DNA of 64,000 bases from NCBI GenBank assembly GCA_050506795.1, contig JBJHCF010000010.1, positions 42,061 through 106,060 of the forward strand, given 5' to 3'. Position 1 is the first letter of the stretch; every line of letters begins with the position of its first letter. This document shows, piece by piece, positions 1 to 9,284 of the stretch. A program made the position numbers and the translations under genes. The DNA is from Opitutia bacterium. Its GTDB lineage: Bacteria > Verrucomicrobiota > Verrucomicrobiia > Opitutales > T3Sed10-336. The notes under the pieces were generated by a model. The model was not told the DNA's origin and made no database searches. It saw only the letters and a program-made list of their open reading frames with translations.

Positions 1-2
1 TG

Positions 3-308
3 GCCATCGGTCTCGCCCTCGACGCCACCTACTGCCGCCTCTCCGGCATGCTGGCGGAGGAACCGTGGCGCCGCATCATCGGCGTGCTGCGCAACGCCGG
101 GTTCGTTTTGTTCGTCCCGGAACTCAAGGAAAAGCTCGACGATCCCGGACATCGCCGCTCCCTCCTCCACGGCCTGGAGGAATTCCGCGAACATCTGGGC
201 GGCCGCCTGACCCTCATGATGCTCACCGACATTGGACAGGGCATCGAAGTCAACGAAATCGACACCACCCTCGTACACCAAGCCATCCAGGCACTGGAAG
301 GGGTTTAG
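3..308 (+). CDS. 3-dehydroquinate synthase family protein (AroB/EboD-like), 3' part only
   Basis: Frame open from window start: AIGLALDATYC...GLEEFREHLGGRLTLMMLTDIGQGIEV, the typical C-terminus of this sugar-phosphate cyclase subfamily; 5' end lies outside the window. Confidence 0.75.
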   Translation, partial: AIGLALDATYCRLSGMLAEEPWRRIIGVLRNAGFVLFVPELKEKLDDPGHRRSLLHGLEEFREHLGGRLTLMMLTDIGQGIEVNEIDTTLVHQAIQALEGV

Positions 309-612
309 TTCGAATGACGCTCCGTTACGTCTGAAAATCCCAGCCAGGCGAAGTCCCGGCCTGCCGGGATTCCCTTTGCCACTGAGCCGAGCCGGCTGAA
401 GCACCGCACTACCGGTTTTGGATTCCGGGTTCTTTATTTTGTGTAATCTGTGGTTAGATCTTCTTTGGATCCGAATTTTTTAACCACGAAATACACAAAA
501 TACACGAAATGGGAGAGCGGCTTCGCCTCGGTTCTTGGTTCGAAGGTCTGCACCTTTTCTTAGTTCTTGGTTCTTTTCGCCCCCACGCCCCTCGTCCTCT
601 CGCCCCACCTTA

Positions 613-1896
613 TCACCCCTGCAACACCGACTCCGACACCGCCGGGGCCGGTTGCAGGCGTTCCATGGCCTCACCGATAAGGTAGATGGACCCGGTGAGC
701 ACCACCGTGTCGCCGGGTTGGCCCGCGGTGCACAGGCCGGGCCCCGGGAAAAGGTCATCGATCAAGGCGCGTTTGACCGGACCGGAGAAAGTTTCCGCCA
801 AACAGGCTTCGAGGAACGCGAACGGCGTGGCCCGCGGCTGATTGGCCACCAACAGATGGATTTCCGAAGCGTGACGCGCCAGCACCGCAAACAACGCCCG
901 CGCCCGGTCCTCGCCCAGCGATCCCGCGATCACCACCGGCTTGCGACCGCTCCGCTCGCGCAGCGTCGTCAGATTGCGGTCGAGCCAGAGGGCGGCTTCC
1001 TCGTTGTGCGCGGCATCAACAATCAATTGGCGCCCGCTCACTTCCAACCGCTGCCAGCGGCCGTTCCAGGAAACCGAAGCCAAACCCTTTTCCACTGCCT
1101 CCGGCGAAACCGGCAACCGTTCCGCCGCCGCCCGCAGGACCAGCAGCGCGGTCGCCGCGTTAATGCGCTGGTAATCCCCTTCCAGCGCACAGCGCGGATA
1201 GTCGGTCAAATCCGTCCCCCAGGCGTCCTCCACCCGGAACACGGGCGACCCGCGGAAGCGGGCGACTTCCAACACCGCGGTTTCGGCTTCCGGCGCCAGA
1301 CGGCCCAGCACCACCGGAACGCCGGGTTTGACGATGCCCGCCTTTTCCACCGCGATCTTCGCCAGGGTGTCGCCCAGCTGCTCACAGTGATCCAGCCCCA
1401 CCGAGGTGATCGCCGAGACCATCGGCGTCAACACGTTGGTCGAATCGAGCCGGCCCCCCAGTCCCACCTCCACCACCGCGACATCCACCGCCTCCCGGGC
1501 AAAATGAAGGAAGGCCATCGCGGTCATAAATTCGAAAAAGGTCGGATGAAGCTCCGGATCTCCCCGCGACACCTTTTCCGCCGCTTCTTTCAACTGGGCG
1601 GTGTAATCCACGATGGCGGCCTCCGACAAAATTTCGCGGTTCACCTGCACCCGTTCTCCGAGCCGCACCAGGTGCGGCGAGGTGAATAATCCCGTTTTGC
1701 GTCCGGAAGCCCGCAGGATCGCCTCCAGCATGGCACACACCGAACCCTTCCCGTTGGTGCCGGCAACGTGCAACGCCGGAAAACGCCTCTCAGGATTTCC
1801 CAGCGCCTCCAGAAAGGGCGGCATCCGACCGATCCCATAGCGGGATCCCCGGTTTCTCAGCCCGTACAGATAATTGCTGGTCGCCTGGTAGTTCAT
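613..1896 (-). CDS. folC: Bifunctional folylpolyglutamate synthase/dihydrofolate synthase
   Basis: HVAGTNGKGS P-loop, TSPHL, EVGLGGRLDSTN, DAAHN, TGSIYL motifs; follows accD; start placed at ATG 1896. Confidence 0.95.
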   Translation of the reverse strand: MNYQATSNYLYGLRNRGSRYGIGRMPPFLEALGNPERRFPALHVAGTNGKGSVCAMLEAILRASGRKTGLFTSPHLVRLGERVQVNREILSEAAIVDYTAQLKEAAEKVSRGDPELHPTFFEFMTAMAFLHFAREAVDVAVVEVGLGGRLDSTNVLTPMVSAITSVGLDHCEQLGDTLAKIAVEKAGIVKPGVPVVLGRLAPEAETAVLEVARFRGSPVFRVEDAWGTDLTDYPRCALEGDYQRINAATALLVLRAAAERLPVSPEAVEKGLASVSWNGRWQRLEVSGRQLIVDAAHNEEAALWLDRNLTTLRERSGRKPVVIAGSLGEDRARALFAVLARHASEIHLLVANQPRATPFAFLEACLAETFSGPVKRALIDDLFPGPGLCTAGQPGDTVVLTGSIYLIGEAMERLQPAPAVSESVLQG

Positions 1897-2006
1897 AAAC
1901 GGAAGCTCTAGGAGTCTGTCGGGCTTCGCCGACAGACTCCTAAAAGCCTTCCCCGCAAAGCGCAACTCGAGAATCCAAAGCCGGCAAGTGCCGCGGCGGC
2001 AGCCGG

Positions 2007-2864
2007 TCAGGACGCCTCCCGGCGCTTCAAATAAAGCGCCCCCAGGAGAACATGCAACCGCTCCCGCATTTCCGTCCGGGGCACAATCTGGTCGAGCAGA
2101 CCGTGCTCCAGAAGAAATTCCGCGGTCTGAAATCCCTCCGGCAAAGCCTGTTGCGTCGTCTCTTTGATCACGCGGGGCCCGGCAAAGCCGATCAACGCTC
2201 CGGGCTCGGCCAGAATAACGTCGCCCAGGGTGGCGTAGCTGGCCATCACCCCGGCCGTGGTCGGGTTGGTCAGCACCGAGATATAAGGGAGCCCCTTTTC
2301 CCGTAATCGTCCAAGCGCGGCACTGGTCTTGGCCATCTGCATCAGACTGAGAATCCCCTCGTACATGCGCGCGCCGCCGGAAGTGGAAATGACGATGCAG
2401 GGAATCCCCTTGTCCGCCGCCCGTTCGATCGAACGGGTCACCTTTTCGCCGACCACCGCCCCCATACTGGCGCCGAGAAAACGAAAATCCATCACCGCGA
2501 TCGAAACCGGAATATCGTGAATGCGACCGGTCCCCGAATACACCGCGTCCTTGCGCCCGGTCTTGGACCGGTGCTGCTTGAGCTTATCCTCGTACGACGC
2601 CACCCCCTGGAACTTCAGCACGTCCACCGAAACCAGGTTTTCGTCGCACTCCCTGAAACTGCCCTCGTCGAGGAGAAACGACAACCGCACCTCCGGAGCG
2701 ATCGGAAAATGGTACCCGCTGTTGGGCACCACCATCTGATTCTGCTCCAGCTCCTTTTTGTAAATGATCTCTCCACTGATCGGGCACTTGCTCCAGAGCC
2801 CGAACGGGATGTCCTTCTTCTTCACCGTGACGGTGGAGTATTTCGGTTTGCTGAATAAAGCCAT
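2007..2864 (-). CDS. accD: Acetyl-CoA carboxylase carboxyltransferase beta subunit
   Basis: [47 protein letters not shown] motifs. Confidence 0.97.
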   Translation of the reverse strand: MALFSKPKYSTVTVKKKDIPFGLWSKCPISGEIIYKKELEQNQMVVPNSGYHFPIAPEVRLSFLLDEGSFRECDENLVSVDVLKFQGVASYEDKLKQHRSKTGRKDAVYSGTGRIHDIPVSIAVMDFRFLGASMGAVVGEKVTRSIERAADKGIPCIVISTSGGARMYEGILSLMQMAKTSAALGRLREKGLPYISVLTNPTTAGVMASYATLGDVILAEPGALIGFAGPRVIKETTQQALPEGFQTAEFLLEHGLLDQIVPRTEMRERLHVLLGALYLKRREAS

Positions 2865-2885
2865 GTTCCTCGCGAATGTTAAAAA

Positions 2886-3620
2886 TCAACCGTGCCCCAA
2901 CGTCGCCACATCCACTTTCCGGACCCCTTCCCGCCGCAAAGTCCTCGCGCAGGCGTTCAAGGTTGAACCGGTGGTGAAAACATCGTCGATCAGCACATAA
3001 CGTTTTTTACGACTCAAAGCCGATTTGGGAGAAATGGCAAAAGCATTTTTGAGGTTCCCCATCCGCTCCCGACGGTCAAAACGGGTCTGCGATTCCGTAT
3101 CGATGACCCGCACGAGAACCTCCTCCACCGCCTCGGCTTTGGCCAGCGACGCCAAAATATCGGCCAGCTCCCGGCTTTGATTAAACCCGCGTTCCCGACG
3201 CCTGCGCGGATGCAACGGCACCGGCACCAGGACGGCCCCATCCAGAAAAGCGAGCAATTCCTCCGCCCGCTCCAGCACCCGGCGCACGTCCCGCCAGAGA
3301 TGAATCTCCCCCCGGTACTTGATCCCGTGCACCAAAGCCCGCACCGGTCCCCGGACCAAAACCCCCGTGCGCCCCCGGCGGTACGCCGGACGCAGCATCA
3401 GGCAATGCGGACACGTCCGGTCGGCCTCCACCACCCCAAAAAACGGATGCCCACAAGTCGGACACGCCGGAGAACGCACCCAGTGAATGCGGCGCGCACA
3501 CGGCGGACAAAGATGAGGAAAATCCCCGTCCGCCGCTTCCCCGCAATGCACACACGAACGGGGATACAGCAAATCCAGAAAACAATCCAGGGGTACGGAT
3601 AAAGAAGAAAACCGGGGCAT
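2886..3620 (-). CDS. comF: ComF family protein (double zinc ribbon + phosphoribosyltransferase domain)
   Basis: CxxC pairs, PVPLH, RGFNQ, LIDDVFTTGSTL; start uncertain. Confidence 0.85.
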   Translation of the reverse strand: MPRFSSLSVPLDCFLDLLYPRSCVHCGEAADGDFPHLCPPCARRIHWVRSPACPTCGHPFFGVVEADRTCPHCLMLRPAYRRGRTGVLVRGPVRALVHGIKYRGEIHLWRDVRRVLERAEELLAFLDGAVLVPVPLHPRRRRERGFNQSRELADILASLAKAEAVEEVLVRVIDTESQTRFDRRERMGNLKNAFAISPKSALSRKKRYVLIDDVFTTGSTLNACARTLRREGVRKVDVATLGHG

Positions 3621-3883
3621 GGGGCACGGCTTTTTCATTTGGCCTTTCCAGGCCGCGGGAAAAAGCATTTCAGATCGAAAATTTAAAATTTGAGATATTT
3701 CGCCAAAGAATGCGGATCAAAGTGAACAAAAAAAACCGTGAATACGGAGTATGGGTTACCGGGGATTGGTTAGACCCCTTAACTTCGCCGATCGTCGCTG
3801 ACAAAGACAAACAAAAAGGATCTCCACGATTTGAGGTGGGCTCCGAAGCAGTGATTTCCAGTAACATGCACCTTTGGAAATGT

Positions 3884-3939
3884 CCGGCTTAAGCACGGAC
3901 CTACGGGGCGAAATTCGTAGCGCCCTGCTTAAGCGGGCG
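3884..3939. repeat. GTAG-type REP pair (BIME/REPIN-like)
   Basis: CCGGCTTAAGCACGGACCTAC ... GTAGCGCCCTGCTTAAGCGGGCG; the family recurs many times in the window. Confidence 0.8.
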
Positions 3940-4006
3940 TCTGTGCGGTATGCGGACGGCACGATCACGCCTTCCCTCCCCCACGCCCCTCGCGCCATCC
4001 CCCCTC

Positions 4007-4741
4007 CTACCGATAAAACACCCGGTCCAGGAACAATCCTTGGGCCGGGGCGGTGGGGATTTCCGCCGTACGAATGCGCTCGTTCAGTACCTCCTCCAGC
4101 CGGCCGGGCGACAGTTTGCCCTCGCCCACCCGAATGAGTCCTCCCGCCAGACTGCGCGCCATGCGGTAGAGAAACCCATCCGCCTCGACCACAAAGCGGA
4201 CATCGCGTCCACGCCGCATGACGTCCAGCCGGCTCAAGTGCCGCACCGTGGTCTCCTTTTCGTCCCGGTTGACCGCCGAAAACGCCACAAAATCCCGCTT
4301 CCCGGTCAGGCTCGCCGCGGCCGCGGCCATGGCCTCCGTATCCAGTTTCCGGTGACTCGCCACCCGGTACCGCGCCTCGAACGGCATCGGAATGCCCTCG
4401 TACACATGGTAGGTATACCGTTTGCCCACCGCGGAAAAGCGCGCATGAAAGGACTCGGGGACCAGGCGCGCGGAGAACACCAGCACCTCGGCCGGCAATC
4501 CGGTCCGAAACGCCGCCAGCAACGCCTCGGGCGAATGCCGCCACTCGGCGTCGAAATGAAAAACAAACCGCCGCGCATGCACCCCGGAATCGGTGCGCGA
4601 ACTCCCGTGCACCCGCACCGGCTGACGAAATATCTCCCGCAACCGCCGCTCGATCACATCCTGCACCCCATCCCCCCCGGCCTGGCTTTGCCACCCCTGG
4701 AAAGGTCCCCCGTCAAACGCACATACACACTTCCACCGCAT
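4007..4741 (-). CDS. truA: tRNA pseudouridine(38-40) synthase
   Basis: FQGWQ, SSRTDSGVHA catalytic motif, FHARFSA, GFLYRM, TAPAQGLFL. Confidence 0.95.
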   Translation of the reverse strand: MRWKCVCAFDGGPFQGWQSQAGGDGVQDVIERRLREIFRQPVRVHGSSRTDSGVHARRFVFHFDAEWRHSPEALLAAFRTGLPAEVLVFSARLVPESFHARFSAVGKRYTYHVYEGIPMPFEARYRVASHRKLDTEAMAAAAASLTGKRDFVAFSAVNRDEKETTVRHLSRLDVMRRGRDVRFVVEADGFLYRMARSLAGGLIRVGEGKLSPGRLEEVLNERIRTAEIPTAPAQGLFLDRVFYR

Positions 4742-4817
4742 AAAAGGCACCCTAACCAATTCCAGCCAACAACCAAGAACGGTTCACGCCTTCTGTTGTC
4801 GTTCGTCAAAACGCCAT

Positions 4818-4930
4818 CTCCGGCTTAAAGCACGAGCTACGCAAAGTCCCCGTCCCGTAGCGCCCTGCTTCAGCGGGCGAACCAGCCTCACAGTCCGGGA
4901 AAAAAGCCTCCGGCTAAAGCACGGAGCTAC
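4818..4930. repeat. GTAG-type REP cluster (3 units)
   Basis: Units at about 4818-4840, 4857-4879 and 4908-4930 in alternating orientation. Confidence 0.8.
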
Positions 4931-4994
4931 GGATTCCCGGCTCGTCGATTTCAGCGTTTCTTCCACCCCCACGTCCCTCGTCCCTCGTCCCCCA

Positions 4995-5408
4995 TCACCC
5001 AATCCTCTGATCCAAAAAATCCTGCAGAATCAGGGCGGCGGCGTGAGAATCGACCCGGCCGGATTTGCGGTCCACCTTGGTCTTGCGGCGGCGGTAACGC
5101 TCCTCGGCCACGCTGGAGGTCAGCCGCTCGTCCACCAGGTGCACCGGCCCGGCGAAACGGGTTTTCAACGCCTCCACAAATCGGTCCACCTCGCGTGCCT
5201 TGAAGCCCACCGAGCCGTCCATGTTGTAAGGGTAACCCACCACCAATTCATCGATGCGCTGGTCGCGGATCACTTCTTCAATCCGCGCCCAACGCTCCTC
5301 CTCCCGGCTCGCCGTGGCGGCCGGGAGGGGCATGGCGACCCCGAGGTCATCGCCCCAGCTGAGACCTATCCGCTTTTCGCCGTAATCAATCCCCAGGAAA
5401 CGAGGCAT
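4995..5408 (-). CDS. ruvX: Putative pre-16S rRNA nuclease / Holliday junction resolvase-like YqgF
   Basis: LGIDYGEKRIG, VVGYP, DERLTS, DSHAAALILQ motifs. Confidence 0.93.
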   Translation of the reverse strand: MPRFLGIDYGEKRIGLSWGDDLGVAMPLPAATASREEERWARIEEVIRDQRIDELVVGYPYNMDGSVGFKAREVDRFVEALKTRFAGPVHLVDERLTSSVAEERYRRRKTKVDRKSGRVDSHAAALILQDFLDQRIG

Positions 5409-5414
5409 CGAGGG

Positions 5415-6503
5415 TCACATCAACGATTTCCATTTCGGGTCGTCGCCCAGCTTCTTGACCAGCTTCTTGATGTCCTGGGCCTTGTCCTTGGGACAAATCA
5501 ACGTGGCGTCGTCGGTGTGCACCACGATCAGGTCATCCACTCCGCAAACCGTCACCAGGTGGTCGTTGTCGGAGATGACAATATTGTCGCCGCCTCCTTC
5601 CACCATCGCCGCGCCGCGCAAGGTGTTGCCCCGGGAATCGGGCTTAAAGTGCCGCGCCACCGCCGGCCAGGCGCCCACATCGTCCCAGTCGAACTCCGAT
5701 TCCACCGTGACCACGTTTTCCGCCTTTTCCATCACCGCATAATCAATGGATATCTTGTCCAGCCCCGGAAAAATCTCCTCCAACACCGAATCCAACGGTT
5801 TGCCTTCGGTCAGGCCGGTCTCGATCTCCCTCAACCCTTGATGCAACCCGGCGGTGTGCGCCTCCAGAGCCTGATCGATCGCCGCCACCGTCCAGACAAA
5901 CATGCCCGCGTTCCAGAAATAGTCGCCGGAATCCAGATACTTCTTCGCGGTCTCCAGATTCGGCTTCTCCACAAAGGCCTTCACCTTGTAGACCGAGCGA
6001 TCGTCAATCTCAGCGGTCTCTTCACCGCGATGAATATAACCGTACCCGGTGGCCGGTTCGGTGGGTGAAATCCCGATCGTGACCAGCACCGGGTCCTGCT
6101 CCGCCGCCTGGAACGCGGTTTCCATCACCGCCCGGAACCCGTCCGTGTCCTGAATGACATGATCCGCCGGCAACATGGCCATACAGGCCTCGGGATCGCG
6201 ACGCTTCACCAGGACCATCGCCAGGCCCACCGCCGCCGCCGTGTCGCGCCCCACCGGCTCACTGACCACATTTTCGGCCGGCAACATCGGACACACCGAA
6301 ATCACCGCATCGCGCTGTTCCCGGTTGGTGATGATAAAAACGTTCTCCACCGGAACCAAGCCCTCCAATCTTTCCACCGTCTGGGTCAGCATGGGCTTAT
6401 CCCCGACAATCGGCAACAGATGCTTGGGGCGCCGCAATCGACTCTGCGGCCAGAAACGCTCCCCGCGCCCCCCGGCCATGATCACAACAAAACGTTTGCT
6501 CAT
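5415..6503 (-). CDS. manC: Mannose-1-phosphate guanylyltransferase (no PMI domain)
   Basis: MAGGRGERFWPQSR..PK, EPVGRDTA, PADH, TGYGYI, FVEKP, WNAGMF, SIDYAVMEKA, WDDVGAW. Confidence 0.93.
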   Translation of the reverse strand: MSKRFVVIMAGGRGERFWPQSRLRRPKHLLPIVGDKPMLTQTVERLEGLVPVENVFIITNREQRDAVISVCPMLPAENVVSEPVGRDTAAAVGLAMVLVKRRDPEACMAMLPADHVIQDTDGFRAVMETAFQAAEQDPVLVTIGISPTEPATGYGYIHRGEETAEIDDRSVYKVKAFVEKPNLETAKKYLDSGDYFWNAGMFVWTVAAIDQALEAHTAGLHQGLREIETGLTEGKPLDSVLEEIFPGLDKISIDYAVMEKAENVVTVESEFDWDDVGAWPAVARHFKPDSRGNTLRGAAMVEGGGDNIVISDNDHLVTVCGVDDLIVVHTDDATLICPKDKAQDIKKLVKKLGDDPKWKSLM

Positions 6504-6693
6504 ATACCAAACAACAAACGCCAAACACCAGAAATTGGCAAACCCGTTCTCTCGCTCCCATCAGCACGGCGAGCCAAATTTGGAAACCGAAACGATCACG
6601 TCTGCGAAGGGCTCTCGCCAACCGAACATCCAGGCACGACTTCCAAACCCCCTGGTGCCCGGCGGGCTAATGCCCCGGCCGACTCTGCCTTTC

Positions 6694-6918
6694 TCACCAT
6701 ACCCATAGGTCCACGTAGAAACTGAATGGATTCCCGGGAAGACGCTCATCCAACCACTGCAATGGGAAGTAGATGGTTTCCAACACCTGCTGCACTGGCA
6801 ATGGGAAAGCATCGTAATACCTAGCAGCGGGACCCAGGAGGAATAGGTATAAAAGTGGAATGGCTAACGCCCATAGGGGCCCTGAGCCGTTCTTTTCGAG
6901 CTCGGTGTCAGTTTGCAT
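6694..6918 (-). CDS. Small hypothetical membrane protein (74 aa)
   Basis: ATG start, hydrophobic helix LWALAIPLLYLFLLGP, then aromatic-rich Y-x-PL-x-W...Y-xxx-W pattern; no overlap with other genes. Confidence 0.5.
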   Translation of the reverse strand: MQTDTELEKNGSGPLWALAIPLLYLFLLGPAARYYDAFPLPVQQVLETIYFPLQWLDERLPGNPFSFYVDLWVW

Positions 6919-7121
6919 GGTTTCAGATATACATTCCCCAAGTTACTTCTGCCGAGGCATGTTAAAGCGTTTCCGGAGAGTTTCGACAACTCCAGGCCCG
7001 AGGCGAAATTGCGTTCGGCTCAACCGCTTCAAGGCGATGGAGCAGATCCAGCTCATGAAGGTCCGCCAGACAAGAGAGCGCCGAAGGAGAGCGGAATCGA
7101 GTGTCCGGGCACTCTGTCCTG

Positions 7122-8408
7122 TCATGGCATCCGAATCCTGTAGAACATCCGTTCCTCGTTGACGCTTTTCCCGGTGTCCCAATGTTCCGTCGCTTCGGTC
7201 GCTTCCAAAACATCAACCTCTTCCCACGCCGTGAGGCAGGAGGAACGCTCGATAATGTAAGCTCGATTGGGGATCAAACCGGATAGAACGACCGAGAATT
7301 CGCCATCCGTTGATAGATAGGGTTCCGTGGTGGGCAGCGGCTCCAGCAAAAAAGCCGCTTGCCTACCATCCTTCCGCCCAGTGCCAACAATCTGACCATG
7401 ATTGTTGATAGCGGCAGCAATCTCCAAAACCCAATGCGAATCCGATCTAGTATAATTATTGAGATCGCGAAGCCCGCCCCTAGTTGAATAAAAGAAGGCG
7501 CGCTGGAGATGCCGGGGAAAAAACTCGCTAATGGTTTCTTCTATATCCGCCTGCCCCACGATTTCCCCCCTCTCGTTCAGGTCGTGAGGGACGCTCGCCG
7601 GCCCGCCGAGAGTTCCCAGGCCGTAAACCTTGCCGTCAGAAAACTTGAAGGCCTGGTCGAAACCGTCCGCCCACCGGCGACCAATAATTGTTCCTTTGTT
7701 GTTAATTGCGTAAGCAGTCGCCAAGCCGGGTTTGTCCGCCAGGTCATCAAGCTTCGAAAGACCATTCTCAGGGTCCCAACGAAAGGCACGCCAATTCATG
7801 TTCGAACTGGACCAAAACACCCCGATCCCCACATTGTCATCATTCAGCCCGTTAAGTGTGGCGGTGCCGTTACCGGTATCGAGGATTTCGATTTCTCCAT
7901 CAATAAGGACAAAGGCCCGCCTGCCTTCTTCCGTCTGAAGCCCCCCGCCAAAGTTTCCGAGATTATTGATCGCGGTTTCAAAGGCATGACGGCCTCCGTC
8001 GTAGGATGGCGCCAAATCGCGAACTTCGTCTCCCTCCCAGACAACTGTTAGGCTGTCGTCATGTGTATCATTGATCGCATAAACCCGGCCAACGATCTGT
8101 CCGTGGTCGTTAATTCCCCAGCCATCGGCGCTCCGATAACCTTCGGGTTGAGGAAGAACGGTGACCTCTCCGGCCTGCCAGCGAAAGGCCCGGTGCAAAT
8201 ACTCATCCATGTCTTCAGGGTCGTTATCGAAGAGACTACCGACAATCATGCCGTCATCGTTGATGCCGCGGGGATTCAAGAAGGAATAGCCTTCTGGAGG
8301 CAATAGTTCCGTCACGCGATACGTCACCTGAGCGGACGAAACCAATGGAGCGAGCAAAACGGACCCAGCAGCACCTGCCAAAAACTTGTATAAATGGAAA
8401 CATTTCAT
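7122..8408 (-). CDS. Secreted HAF-family extracellular repeat protein with C-terminal Verrucomicrobia-type domain
   Basis: Signal peptide ending ..VSSA|QV; repeated INxxG.IVG...(H/Q)RAF.W units; DLGTLGG-like GLGTLGG; C-terminal YIIERSSCLTAW...FYRI. Confidence 0.8.
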   Translation of the reverse strand: MKCFHLYKFLAGAAGSVLLAPLVSSAQVTYRVTELLPPEGYSFLNPRGINDDGMIVGSLFDNDPEDMDEYLHRAFRWQAGEVTVLPQPEGYRSADGWGINDHGQIVGRVYAINDTHDDSLTVVWEGDEVRDLAPSYDGGRHAFETAINNLGNFGGGLQTEEGRRAFVLIDGEIEILDTGNGTATLNGLNDDNVGIGVFWSSSNMNWRAFRWDPENGLSKLDDLADKPGLATAYAINNKGTIIGRRWADGFDQAFKFSDGKVYGLGTLGGPASVPHDLNERGEIVGQADIEETISEFFPRHLQRAFFYSTRGGLRDLNNYTRSDSHWVLEIAAAINNHGQIVGTGRKDGRQAAFLLEPLPTTEPYLSTDGEFSVVLSGLIPNRAYIIERSSCLTAWEEVDVLEATEATEHWDTGKSVNEERMFYRIRMP

Positions 8409-8888
8409 ACTCGGAAAAGGTAATTGATTGATAAGAAATCGTTTTTCAGGCGGCGCGGGCCCCCCCGCGCTGGAACCGGTCTTAAGGGGCGCTTTAATGG
8501 AGAAGATCCATCGGAAAGCGGACGGAAATGTCAAGCCCTCCAATCCGGCTCCAGCAAACTGGAAGAGGTCTTGTGCTCTTGATGCGCCCCCCTTCCAAGG
8601 CCCTGGAAATCCGCTTCTACCCGGTGGTGGGCTACATGGGTTCAACAGGGACGGTCAATGGGGAGGGGAAAGGGAGTCAGTCCAATTTCTCATGGTTTTG
8701 GACTCTGATGACAACTGCGGTCTTCCCTTCCAACACCGACGCCAATACGTCACAGACAGGAATGTCTGCGTCACGGGTTTCGGTTGGGCGAACCAGGAAG
8801 CAGACCGAGCCGCCGTTTTCCTGCTCCGCCATGAATTTTCCCGGATCCACAAGGGATCCGCGTCTTCCAAAGGCCGTTCCGACGGCCA

Positions 8889-9035
8889 CTATTCACTGCG
8901 AGCGGGACGGAAGCCCACATCGTTGAGGCGGAAGCCCGGGTGGAGGATGAGGCTGTACGCCAAGCGGCAGGTGCTGGCGTTGCCGTTCCAACCGCCTCCC
9001 CGGAACCCCCGGTCCGAGCCCGAAGCAGCCCAAGG
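8889..9035 (-). pseudogene. Orphan C-terminal fragment of an FGE-sulfatase/CLec-fold gene (DGR variable-repeat-like)
   Basis: Translates PWAASGSDRGFRGGGWNGNASTCRLAYSLILHPGFRLNDVGFRPARSE*; matches the RGGxW...CR...P..R....GFR signature; no start codon after the upstream in-frame TGA at 9060-9062. Confidence 0.75.
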
Positions 9036-9075
9036 GGCACTGCATGATTGATTCTTAAGTCACTGACTATCAGTA

Positions 9076-9162
9076 TGGTGCCCGGAGCCGGGGTCGAACC
9101 GGCACTCCCTTGCGGGAACCAGATTTTGAGTCTGGCGCGTCTGCCAATTCCGCCATCCGGGC
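9076..9162 (-). tRNA. tRNA-Leu(CAA)
   Basis: GCCCGGATGGCGGAATTGGCAGACGCGCCAGACT-CAA-AATCTGG...GGTTCGACCCCGGCTCCGGGCACCA; long variable arm, encoded CCA. Confidence 0.97.
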
Positions 9163-9284
9163 ATTGAATCAACAGCAAGTCGATAACGTGCCGCGATTCT
9201 TTGTGGGAAGTCAACCCATAAAGGGTCGTGAAAAGTCCGCGATAGGCTTGCCTCGCGGGCCGGGCTCTGGCTTAGAAGGGAGTC

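Noticed and set aside
3670..3880. AT-rich stretch between comF and truA as a riboswitch or sRNA
   Set aside because: No recognisable family motif or convincing structure by eye; it would need an Rfam scan.
8771..9214. ORFs 8771-9214 and 9110-9562
   Set aside because: They overlap the tRNA-Leu gene and read through it; no protein signature.
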